Assembly (NCBI GenBank): GCA_947629875.1
Contig: CANRFK010000001.1
Location: 1 to 40,242, forward strand
DNA: 40,242 nucleotides
Direction: 5' to 3'
Origin: an uncultured Clostridia bacterium
GTDB taxonomy: Bacteria > Bacillota > Clostridia > Christensenellales > Borkfalkiaceae
Part shown: piece by piece, positions 17,321 through 26,110 of the stretch
Numbering within the stretch: position 1 is the first letter of the stretch
Layout of the letters: each line of letters opens with the position of its first letter
Notes under the pieces: model-generated
What the model saw: the letters and a program-made list of their open reading frames with translations, nothing else
The model's database searches: none
What the model was told of the DNA's origin: nothing
Program-made: the position numbers and the translations under genes

Positions 17321-17508
17321 GCTGTGCGCGTTGCGGGCGGGGGCTCACGTTCAACGAACTCGGTTTGAACGCAAAATACAACCCACAGGACAAAAAACTC
17401 TGCATCGGATGCCTTGCGGAGTGGTTGGATGTTCCGCGCGTGCGGCTGGAGGAGAAGATAAAGGAGTTTCTCCGCATCGGCTGCGCGATGTTTGCGGAAG
17501 AACATTGA
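17317..17508 (+). CDS. 63-aa Cys-rich (zinc-ribbon-like) protein, function unknown
   Basis: The ATGA overlap with the GH27 stop (ATG 17317-17319 / TGA 17318-17320) implies translational coupling. The sequence has CARCG...(22 residues)...CIGC plus a C-terminal Cys. Confidence 0.5.
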   Translation: MSCARCGRGLTFNELGLNAKYNPQDKKLCIGCLAEWLDVPRVRLEEKIKEFLRIGCAMFAEEH

Positions 17509-17543
17509 AGGACGGATTTTTCAAATCCGTAAAATTTGCGCCA

Positions 17544-17563
17544 ATATATTAACGTTAATATAT
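17544..17563. promoter_or_regulatory. perfect 20-bp palindrome: candidate LacI-family operator (autoregulatory)
   Basis: atatattaacgttaatatat, centred on CG. It overlaps a candidate promoter (TTGCGC 17536-17541, 17-nt spacer, TATATA 17559-17564) directly upstream of the LacI gene. Confidence 0.6.
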
Positions 17564-17579
17564 ACAAAAAGGAGACCTT

Positions 17580-18557
17580 ATGGCAAGAGGAAGGGTCACG
17601 GTAAAGGATATCGCGCGGGAGGCGGGCGTCACGGCACAGACCGTATCGCGCGTGTTCCGCAATCAGGGATATCTTTCGGAGGACACCAAAAAGAAGGTGC
17701 TCGAAGCGGCGAAATTGCTCAACTACGTGCCCAACCAAACGGCGCGTTCGCTGCGCATCGGCAACGAGAAGAGCATCGCGGTGGTGTTCGACGGGCTCAG
17801 GAACGTCTATTTCTCGGTGATGATCGACTATCTCTACCGCGAGGCGAACCGCCTCGGGTACGCGCTCACCACGGTGTTCCGCGCCTATGAGCATGAGATC
17901 ACGGAAAAGGTGTATCTCGACGCACTTTCCCTGGGCGCGTCGGCGGTCGTCAGTTTCCTCGAGGCCTCGCCAGAACTCGGCGGGGCGGTGCGCAGGTACG
18001 GCGTGCCCGTGCTCGTTCTCGGGCGGCGCACGAACATCCCCGAGCTCGACTATGTGACGACGGACGATGAGAAGGGCGGCAGGCTCGCCGCGGAAAAACT
18101 CATCTCAAAGGGCTGCAAGAAATTCCTGTACGTTGCCGAAGGCATGGGCATGACGTGCGTGCAGGATCGCGGCAAGGGCTTTATCGACGCTCTCGCCGCG
18201 CACGGCCATTCGGCAAAGGTCATCGATATCAACGGCGGATTTGCAGAGCAGATCGCCGCTTTGGAGGCGGAGGGGTTCATCCCGGACGGCGTTTTCTGTT
18301 TTTCGGATATGATCGCCTTCTACGTGCTCACCAATCTGAAGGGCGAAAAGTACGCCTCCATGAAAGTCGTCGGCTACGATGATATCGGGGCGGAGGTACC
18401 GTTCCCGCTGCGGCTCACCTCCGTTGGCGTGGACAAGGCGGAATATACGCGCTATGCTCTGGGCAAGCTCGTGGCGAAGATCGAGAACGACGGGCACGAA
18501 GAACTGGCCATCCGCGAGCGGTACGATGTATTCCTTCATGAGGGAGAAACGGCGTAA
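17580..18557 (+). CDS. LacI/GalR-family transcriptional regulator
   Basis: N-terminal HTH VTVKDIAREAGVTAQTVSRVFRN...KVLEAAKLLNYVPNQTARSLR followed by a periplasmic-binding-protein-like sugar-sensor domain. AGGAG SD. Confidence 0.9.
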   Translation: MARGRVTVKDIAREAGVTAQTVSRVFRNQGYLSEDTKKKVLEAAKLLNYVPNQTARSLRIGNEKSIAVVFDGLRNVYFSVMIDYLYREANRLGYALTTVFRAYEHEITEKVYLDALSLGASAVVSFLEASPELGGAVRRYGVPVLVLGRRTNIPELDYVTTDDEKGGRLAAEKLISKGCKKFLYVAEGMGMTCVQDRGKGFIDALAAHGHSAKVIDINGGFAEQIAALEAEGFIPDGVFCFSDMIAFYVLTNLKGEKYASMKVVGYDDIGAEVPFPLRLTSVGVDKAEYTRYALGKLVAKIENDGHEELAIRERYDVFLHEGETA

Positions 18558-18595
18558 GCCGAGCTGATATAGGAAAATAAGGAGGAAAAAATAGG

Positions 18596-21500
18596 ATGAA
18601 AAAACGCAAGTTGTTGGTCGGGCTCTGTATGGCGGTAACGTTCATACTCTGCGGAGCATTTGTGGCGTGCGGCGGGAAAAAACCCGACACGGACGACGGG
18701 GGGGGGTCATCTTCAACAGCAGTTTGGGATCTCAAACTCGAAGGTGAAAAGACTCGCACGCTGGAGATCGACGAGGCGATCACCGACCCCGTTACCGACA
18801 CGCTCACGTGGACGGTGACGAAGGACGGCGAGACCGTTGCGACGGAGCCCGTTGCCGTGACGCTCTCGGGCACGTCGGTCACGTACGACGAGGCTTCCCA
18901 CACGGTGACCGCCGTCAAGGAAGGCAAGACGACGGTTACACTCACACTCACGGGACATACCGATGTGCTGCCCGTCAGCGTGACGTATGAAGTTGTAGAT
19001 TATTTCTTCTCCCGCGAAGTGCAGAGGGGCACGTTGAATTTCTCGGGAGAATCCACCGGGCAGGTTCGCATCATGGGCGGGCAGGCGACCCTCGTTGCCG
19101 AGCGCAAGGCGACGGCATGGGTCTTCCGCACGACGCTCTCTGCCGTCGATTACAACACGGGAGAGGCGTTCGGCGTCGGTTCTTTCCTCGATAACGGCGA
19201 CCACGCGCTGTGGTTCGGGATGCAGAACAAGGACAGCCAGCCCGACGGAAAGTTCAGCGTCTATTTGAGGGACTTCTATGCGGGCTGGGGCAGCGCCAAA
19301 TATGACGGCAATCCCGAAGGATACAGCAACCGCACATTCGATCTTACAAACGGCGTTGAATGCGAGATTATCCGCAACGGCGACAATTATTATTACACGA
19401 TCGGAACATATTACGGAACTTATACGGCGCAGGAGACTGCGGCGACTTACCCCGGCGTTTTTTCGCAGGAGAGAGTCGTCACGGTCTCCCATTTTTCCGT
19501 GTCTTACGATGAAAATGAGGTGAGCGAGGCGGCCGCAGCGTATGCGACAAAGGGCGTCGCTTCCGTCGTCATCAATGAGACGAGAGCGGTGCGCCTTCTC
19601 AAGGGTTCGACGCAGAAGTACACCGCGAACTGCTATCCCGCAGACAAGAGCGCGGGCGCGACGGTCGCTTGGTCGCTCGACAAGGAAGGCATGACCGCGG
19701 GACAGGAGGGCACCACCATCGATGCGGACGGCACGCTGCACCTTTCCGATGATGCGGCGGGGAAAGTGACCGTCGTATGCACGGCGGGCGACGCGAAGGA
19801 TACCCTCACCGTGACCATCATCGCAGCGTCCGAGGACAAGGAAAACAGTCAGCTCTCCGTGAAGGGCGGCGTCATTCTCGAGGACGACAGCGGCGACATC
19901 GTATTTCCCGACTACATGGCTTCGACGAACGGCGTCGGCAACGAACAGAGCTATGAGGATGCGGGCTACGGCGCCATTCTCAAACAAAAGGTGACGGGCA
20001 ACTTCTCCGTGGAGTTCACCGTCTCCGAATATGTCGCCTATGCGCAAAATCCCAAACTCATGATCTCGCTCGGCGCGGATCACAACCAGTTCTATGTCGT
20101 CTATACATCGGGCTACTGCCGCATCGAAACGTACACCCGTCATGTCTATGACAATGCGGTGCACGACAACGACTGGGTGAACAGCGGCAGTTTTGAAAAA
20201 TTCGATGCGAACGCTTCCCATACCTTCAAGATCGAAGTGCGCAACGGCATTTACAATGTGACGGTGGACGGAACCGCGCTCACCTTCACGCCGTTCAACG
20301 GCGGAAACGGCGGACCGGAATCCACCCTTGTGCGCAGTTACGAACACTGCGCTGCCGAACTTCCCATCCGCATTGCGACGAACGGCGTCTCGGCGCGCGT
20401 CAGCGACATCACCGTGACGCAGAATGAAAGGACGCTTCCCGAATACTTCCACTTCGGCAATGCGACGACGGTAGAAAACGGCATTGAGATGCAGTGCTAC
20501 GACGGCACTCCCGACAGCTTGGCTTGGGCGCAGGCGCGCACCCGCGTCATCCGCACGGCGGCAAACAGGACGGGCGATTGCAACCTCACGATGAACATCA
20601 CATTCAGCGCGGCGATGCACGACGGCAAGGCGATCGTCCTTCTCGGGAATACGCAGGAACTGCAATTCTGCAACAAGATCGCGGCAGGGCAGGGGATCGT
20701 CCTGCAACTCGTTGACGGACCCGCCTTCGGCAAAACGTACGCCGTGCCCTGCGAAGCGGGCGCGGGCGGCACCTACACCATTGCCCTCCGCATCGAGCGG
20801 AAGGGGAACGAAAACCGCATCATTGCGAACGGCGAGGAGATCTGCCGCACCGACTATGCGTTCGGCGAGCACCTGCAATTCTCCGTGTTCAATATGCGCA
20901 GCGACGAAAACTCCGTCACCGTGAAGTTCACCGATATTGTGTTCGGCGACTATGAGGAGACCAAGGTCTACACAGTTGAGGATCTCACCAAGGACGTCAC
21001 GCTCTCCGTCACAGGACAGCATGAAGTAACGTTCACGGTGCACTGCAACGGCACCCCCATACACGATGAGGACTACACCGTTGAAGTGACGACGGAGGAG
21101 AAGAACTTTATTTCCTACGACGAGGGCAGCAAGAAGGTCACGGCGCTTGCGGCGGGCGAGGAGACGCTTACGATCAACATCAAGGTGGACGATGAAGTCG
21201 TCTGTACGGCGACCGTCACGTTCCACATCACCGCACGCGAGACGGCGGACTCCAACGAGAATTGGCAGGTGAAGGGCGGCGTTGTGCTCTACACCGACGA
21301 TAATTCCATCGAATTCCCCGAAGCATACCAAAGCACGAACGGCGTCGGCGATGAATATAACTATGCGGACGCGGATTACTCCGCCAACTACAAGAAAACC
21401 GTCACGGGCGACTTCTCCATCGAGTTCACCGTGGAGAATTACAAATCGGTGGGCGACTATCCTAAACTCATGATCTCGCTCGGCGGTACGCACAACCAAT

Positions 21501-23779
21501 TCTACGTCGCCTACAACCGCTTGGGAACGATCAACCGCGTCGAGAGCTTCACCGAATCCGTTTCGGGCAACAGTTGGTACGTCGGCGGTTGGATCAACAG
21601 CGCGGAGTTTGCCTCTTTCGATGTAAACGCTTCCCATACTTACAAGATCGAAGTAAAGAACGGCGTGTACACTGTTTCGTTGGACGGCAAGCCGCTTACC
21701 TTCCACGAGGGCGAAAATCTCAACGACGTGCGCACGCCCGTGCGGAAGCTTGCCGATTACGCCACCGAACAGCCCATCCGTATCTCGACGAGCGGCGTCT
21801 CCTGCACAGTCCGCAACATTAAGGTTGAAACGACGCCGACGACCATTCCCGATTACTTCGGCTACGGCGATAAGGCGCAGCCGGAGGAGAACGGCGTTGC
21901 CATGGAGTTCACCACTGGCACTTGGGATCAGGCGCGCAACCGCGTTGTCCGCAAGGAGCCCATCCAAAAAGGCGACTTCACGCTCACGATGAACCTTGTG
22001 TTCAGCGCGGCGATGGAGGACGGCAAGGCGATCGTCAACCTCGGCGGAAGAAAGGAACTTCACTTCTGCAACAAGATCAAGTCGGGACAACTCTGTCTTG
22101 AACTTGTCAATCTCGGCGACGACTTTGAGAATATCACTTGGCCTGCGGTGGGTGACTACAATATTCCCTATGAGGCAGGCGAGGACGGCACCTACACCGT
22201 TGCGCTTCGCATCGAGCGGAGCGGGAACATCAACCGCATCATTGCGAACGGCGTAGAACTCTGCAAGCCCGATTACGAGATCGGCTCCTACCTTCGCTTC
22301 TCGATCTTCAACGAGAAGGGAGACGATGCCTCCGCTACCGTGAAGTTCACCGATATTACGTTCGGCGAATATGAAGAACTCGATATCTACACCATCGAAG
22401 AGCTCAACAGGAAGGTCACGATCTCCAAGGGAAAAGAGCAGGAACTTACCTATACGGTGTACCGCAACGGCACCCCCATCCATGACGGCTACACCGTTGA
22501 AGTGACGACGGAGGAGAAGGACTTTGTCTCCTACGCGGACGGCAAGATCAAGGCGGTCGCTGTCGGCGAAGAGAACGTGACGATCACAATCAAGGTGAAC
22601 GGCGACGTCGTCTGCACGGCGGTCGTTCAGGTCACCGTCAGCGAGCGTCCCACGGCGACGGAGAACAGCGATTGGACGGTGAAAGTCGGTGATAAAGGCG
22701 GAATTACGCTCTATACCGATGATAACTCCTTTGAGTTCACCACCACGGAGGACGGCGTCGTCAATGAGTTTGATTATGTGGAAGCGGATTACTCCGTCGA
22801 CTACAAACACAAAGTGATCGGCGACTTCTCCATTGAGTTTACCGTAAAGAACTATACGGCGAAAGAAAATTTCCCCAAACTCATGATCTCCCTCGGCGGC
22901 TCGAACAATCAGTTCTATGTGGTCTACAACCGCGAAGGACACGTCAACCGCATTGAGACGCTCACAAAGTCCGTCAACGCAAGCAAAGAGATGTTTTGGG
23001 ACGGTTCGTGGCTCAGTTCGGATGAATTCGCCGAATTTGATACCGCAGCAGACCATACTTACAAGATCGCGGTCGTGGAGGGGATATACCATATCTATCT
23101 CGACAATCAGGAATTGACGAAATTCCATTTGGATAACAGTCAGGATATGCGTACCCTCATCCGCCGCTATGAGGATTGGTCTACCGAACAACCCATCCGC
23201 ATTGCGACAAAGGGAGCCACCTGCACGGTAAGCGATATCAAGGTGACGAACGGCTCGATCGAGGACGTGACGAAGAACAAGTTCTTCTCCTTCACCAAGG
23301 GCGCGTCGAACCTCACCGAGGACGGCTTCACGATGGCATTTGAGGTTCATAGCTTTGATGCAAATGACAAGTGCCAAAACAAGGTGTTCTATACGGGAAC
23401 GTTGTCCGAAAATTTCACGTTGGAATACACGCTCAAATTCTCCGACGATATGACGGACTCCAAGTGGATGACGGTCATCGGCGGATATACGTTCGGTATT
23501 GAAAACAAAATCAAAGGCTCTGCGGCAAAATTGAATTTCATCCTGAATGGCGCAGGTGCCGATTGGGGCGATTGTCCGATCACCGTTGAAAAAACGGACA
23601 CTTATACCGTAAAAATCACTCGTGCAGACGGGCAGATGAAGTTCTTCGTCAACGATACGGAAGTGAAGAGCGCCGCCGCCAACAATGCCACTACACTCGC
23701 TTTTTGGACGTTCAACAGCAACGACTATGCAGGCGAGGCGGGCGTCACCGCGACCGTCTCCAACCTCACCATTTCGTAA
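18596..23779 (+). CDS. giant (1727 aa) surface lipoprotein with Ig-like (Big_2-like) domains and three tandem supermodules of about 470 aa each
   Basis: AGGAGG SD. Signal peptide with lipobox AFVAC. Big_2-like segments are present (for example KEGKTTVTLTL). The repeated blocks VKGG...TGNFSVEFTV...PKLMISLG...NQFYVVY...HTFKIEV.NG.Y.V..DG...PIRIAT.G recur three times. Confidence 0.8.
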   Translation: MKKRKLLVGLCMAVTFILCGAFVACGGKKPDTDDGGGSSSTAVWDLKLEGEKTRTLEIDEAITDPVTDTLTWTVTKDGETVATEPVAVTLSGTSVTYDEASHTVTAVKEGKTTVTLTLTGHTDVLPVSVTYEVVDYFFSREVQRGTLNFSGESTGQVRIMGGQATLVAERKATAWVFRTTLSAVDYNTGEAFGVGSFLDNGDHALWFGMQNKDSQPDGKFSVYLRDFYAGWGSAKYDGNPEGYSNRTFDLTNGVECEIIRNGDNYYYTIGTYYGTYTAQETAATYPGVFSQERVVTVSHFSVSYDENEVSEAAAAYATKGVASVVINETRAVRLLKGSTQKYTANCYPADKSAGATVAWSLDKEGMTAGQEGTTIDADGTLHLSDDAAGKVTVVCTAGDAKDTLTVTIIAASEDKENSQLSVKGGVILEDDSGDIVFPDYMASTNGVGNEQSYEDAGYGAILKQKVTGNFSVEFTVSEYVAYAQNPKLMISLGADHNQFYVVYTSGYCRIETYTRHVYDNAVHDNDWVNSGSFEKFDANASHTFKIEVRNGIYNVTVDGTALTFTPFNGGNGGPESTLVRSYEHCAAELPIRIATNGVSARVSDITVTQNERTLPEYFHFGNATTVENGIEMQCYDGTPDSLAWAQARTRVIRTAANRTGDCNLTMNITFSAAMHDGKAIVLLGNTQELQFCNKIAAGQGIVLQLVDGPAFGKTYAVPCEAGAGGTYTIALRIERKGNENRIIANGEEICRTDYAFGEHLQFSVFNMRSDENSVTVKFTDIVFGDYEETKVYTVEDLTKDVTLSVTGQHEVTFTVHCNGTPIHDEDYTVEVTTEEKNFISYDEGSKKVTALAAGEETLTINIKVDDEVVCTATVTFHITARETADSNENWQVKGGVVLYTDDNSIEFPEAYQSTNGVGDEYNYADADYSANYKKTVTGDFSIEFTVENYKSVGDYPKLMISLGGTHNQFYVAYNRLGTINRVESFTESVSGNSWYVGGWINSAEFASFDVNASHTYKIEVKNGVYTVSLDGKPLTFHEGENLNDVRTPVRKLADYATEQPIRISTSGVSCTVRNIKVETTPTTIPDYFGYGDKAQPEENGVAMEFTTGTWDQARNRVVRKEPIQKGDFTLTMNLVFSAAMEDGKAIVNLGGRKELHFCNKIKSGQLCLELVNLGDDFENITWPAVGDYNIPYEAGEDGTYTVALRIERSGNINRIIANGVELCKPDYEIGSYLRFSIFNEKGDDASATVKFTDITFGEYEELDIYTIEELNRKVTISKGKEQELTYTVYRNGTPIHDGYTVEVTTEEKDFVSYADGKIKAVAVGEENVTITIKVNGDVVCTAVVQVTVSERPTATENSDWTVKVGDKGGITLYTDDNSFEFTTTEDGVVNEFDYVEADYSVDYKHKVIGDFSIEFTVKNYTAKENFPKLMISLGGSNNQFYVVYNREGHVNRIETLTKSVNASKEMFWDGSWLSSDEFAEFDTAADHTYKIAVVEGIYHIYLDNQELTKFHLDNSQDMRTLIRRYEDWSTEQPIRIATKGATCTVSDIKVTNGSIEDVTKNKFFSFTKGASNLTEDGFTMAFEVHSFDANDKCQNKVFYTGTLSENFTLEYTLKFSDDMTDSKWMTVIGGYTFGIENKIKGSAAKLNFILNGAGADWGDCPITVEKTDTYTVKITRADGQMKFFVNDTEVKSAAANNATTLAFWTFNSNDYAGEAGVTATVSNLTIS
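18698..18706 (+). repeat. poly-G (G9) homopolymer in the 5' coding region (codons 35-37, GGG GGG GGG)
   Basis: Counted directly: gacgac-ggggggggg-tcatct, 10 codons after the lipobox Cys. Confidence 0.95.
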
Positions 23780-23800
23780 CGCATGGCAAACGGAGGTATC

Positions 23801-26101
23801 ATGAAAAAATTTATCAGCATTTTATGTTCGGTCGTGTTGGCGTGCGTGTTCCTCCTTGCGGGGTGCGGCGGGTCCGCCGCGCCCCCTGCGGGGACGCCGT
23901 CGCTCCGCCTGCGCAGTGAAAAAGAGCAGGCGCTCAAAGTGGGCGAGGGGATCACGCTCGTCTGGACGACAGCAAACACCGAGGAAGGCGTGACGTTCGC
24001 TTCCTCCGATAAAGCCGTCGTCACGGTGGATAACTACGGCTCGGTGGAAGCCGTCGGCACGGGCGAGGCGGATGTCACCATCACCCTCGTCGAGGATACG
24101 TCGGTCTCCGAGAAGGTGCATTTCACGGTCACGCGCAACTTCTTCATGCAGGAAAACGGCTATAAGAACGGCACCATCGATTTCACGAACGCCGAAACGG
24201 GCGGCACCGTCCTCATCAAGGACGGACAGGCGCAGCTCCTCGTCGAGCGTCCCGGGCAGGCGTGGTTCTTCAAGTGCCACTTGAAGCGCACGGGCTGCAC
24301 GAACGGCGATACATGGGGCAGATGGGGCGTGGGCTCCTTCCTCGTGAACGCGGGTACCCCCATCGGCGAAGTCATGCTGTGGGCGGGCTTCCAAAACAGG
24401 GATGAAAACGCAAATACATGCGTTCCCTACTACGGCGGCTGGCGCACGACGGGCAACGCGCAGGAGACGGAGGTCGAACTCACAACCTCTCCCATCGAGA
24501 TGGGCGGGGAAGCGGACGTCACCATCATCCGCCTCGGCACCAAACACTACGTCATCTTCGAGTGCGGCGACGAAGTTGTCAAGACGGTCGTCGACATCGA
24601 AAAATTTGCGGGCAAGGATACCTTCCCGGGCGTGTTCGGACAAAATCAGGTCATCGAAGTCTCAAATTACGACGCTTCCAACGAGGAAGACGAAGTGCTC
24701 GCCGCGCTCGATACCTTCCAGCTCGCCGAAGAAGTGGAAGTCAACGGGCTCGACAATCGCCTCATCGCGGGCAGAGAATACGACCTCACCGCGTCCGTCT
24801 ATCCCGCGGTCACCGTCAACAAAAACGTGACATGGGGTATGGAAACTGCGAAGGAGGGCGTCACGCTCACCCCCGCGGGACACCTCACCGTGGGCGCAAA
24901 TGTGCGCGGCGATATCACCGTGCGCGTCACGGCGCAGTCGGGCGAGAACGTCACAAAGACCCGCACCTTCACCGTCGTCGCCCCGCCGACCTCATCCTCG
25001 TCTCTCTTCGAGACGGAGATGTACATCGGCGAGAGCGGCAACATGACCGCAGAGGCGGCGGGTGCAACATTCACCGCGGGAGAGAATTACCTTCCCCTGA
25101 AAACGAGCGGGGAAACGTGGTACGTCTCGGCGACCGTACAGGGCGCAGAGCAGAAAGACGGCGTGCGCGCGGGATTTTTGAGCGCGGCGGCGGGCTATAC
25201 GAAGTACTTCCGCTACGGCATTGCGGGCAGTGGCGGCACGGCGCGCCATGCCGAATACGGCGACGGGTACGGGGAAACGTTCACCCTCAATTACGCCGCC
25301 AACGGCGATACGGCGCACGGCTTTATGGGCGCCAACACCATCGGGCTTCTGAAAGACGGCGCGTCTTACTATCTCTTCGCGAACGGCAAACTGATCGCCA
25401 AAAAAGAGGCAGCGTTTGCGGGTGAGACCTTCCTCGTCCTCTATGCGGAGGGATGCGGCGTGACCTTCTCCAACGTCACCGTCAAGACGGGCACAGAGGC
25501 GGCCGCAGAGCTCGAAAAGCATGCCTTCTATGTCGGCGGCTACGTCACCAAGACGGGGAACGTCTACAAGCTCGCAGGCGAGGACTTCGGCGAGGCGAAC
25601 AACATGAACTGGCCTCCCGATAACGACTACATGAACGGGCTCAAATTCGCCCAAGCGATCAAGGGCGACTACACCATAGAGTTCACCATGTCCGAGATAA
25701 AGCCCTACGGCAGCTCCTATGACGGAAAGGTGCTCGTCTATCTCAAGAGCGAACGGGTGACGGCCTCCATCCAATTCGTCATCAAGGGCAACAGTTCGTT
25801 CCCCACGGTCGCCCTCTGCACCAACCTCGACGACAATTCCTGGGACGAATACACGTTGCCCGCGGGCGTCGATCTGCTCAACGGCGAAACGCAGGTGAAG
25901 ATCGTCAAGAAGGCGGCGGGGGCGGAGCTCTGGCTCAACGGCACGCAGATAACTGCGGTCACGAAGAGCGGCGCCACGGTGGATGTGGACACGCTCCTGC
26001 GCAACAACGGGTATTGGAATGCGGACACCGCCTGCACGCCCGGCATTGGGTCGTTCAAGTGCGGCGTCACCATCACGAACCCCGTCATCACCCAATCATA
26101 A
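23801..26101 (+). CDS. surface lipoprotein (about 766 aa), paralogous to the N-terminal part of the 1727-aa protein
   Basis: GGAGG at 23792-23796 supports the ATG at 23801; the track ORF starts at 23783. Lipobox LLAGC. A Big_2-like domain (KVGEGITLVW...GTGEADVTITL) is followed by a module alignable by eye with the upstream protein (GQAQLLVERPGQAWFFK...WGVGSFL...GFQNRD versus GQATLVAERKATAWVFR...FGVGSFL...GMQNKD). Confidence 0.8.
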   Translation: MKKFISILCSVVLACVFLLAGCGGSAAPPAGTPSLRLRSEKEQALKVGEGITLVWTTANTEEGVTFASSDKAVVTVDNYGSVEAVGTGEADVTITLVEDTSVSEKVHFTVTRNFFMQENGYKNGTIDFTNAETGGTVLIKDGQAQLLVERPGQAWFFKCHLKRTGCTNGDTWGRWGVGSFLVNAGTPIGEVMLWAGFQNRDENANTCVPYYGGWRTTGNAQETEVELTTSPIEMGGEADVTIIRLGTKHYVIFECGDEVVKTVVDIEKFAGKDTFPGVFGQNQVIEVSNYDASNEEDEVLAALDTFQLAEEVEVNGLDNRLIAGREYDLTASVYPAVTVNKNVTWGMETAKEGVTLTPAGHLTVGANVRGDITVRVTAQSGENVTKTRTFTVVAPPTSSSSLFETEMYIGESGNMTAEAAGATFTAGENYLPLKTSGETWYVSATVQGAEQKDGVRAGFLSAAAGYTKYFRYGIAGSGGTARHAEYGDGYGETFTLNYAANGDTAHGFMGANTIGLLKDGASYYLFANGKLIAKKEAAFAGETFLVLYAEGCGVTFSNVTVKTGTEAAAELEKHAFYVGGYVTKTGNVYKLAGEDFGEANNMNWPPDNDYMNGLKFAQAIKGDYTIEFTMSEIKPYGSSYDGKVLVYLKSERVTASIQFVIKGNSSFPTVALCTNLDDNSWDEYTLPAGVDLLNGETQVKIVKKAAGAELWLNGTQITAVTKSGATVDVDTLLRNNGYWNADTACTPGIGSFKCGVTITNPVITQS

Positions 26102-26110
26102 GGAGGTAGC

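Noticed and set aside
18713-23377. 1554-aa ORF antisense to the 1727-aa lipoprotein gene. Similar cases are 10622-14485 (1287 aa), 27706-30657 (983 aa), 31483-33876 (797 aa), 3282-5282 (666 aa), 26096-27817, 7489-9114, 16145-17302 and 1872-3068.
   Set aside because: These are stop-free antisense frames, as expected when the sense strand has strong G/C preference at codon position 3. The translations are Arg/Ala/Gly/His/Val-rich with no recognisable motifs, no SD sites and no signal peptides. Some run across several unrelated sense genes. The sense-strand products all have clear family motifs.
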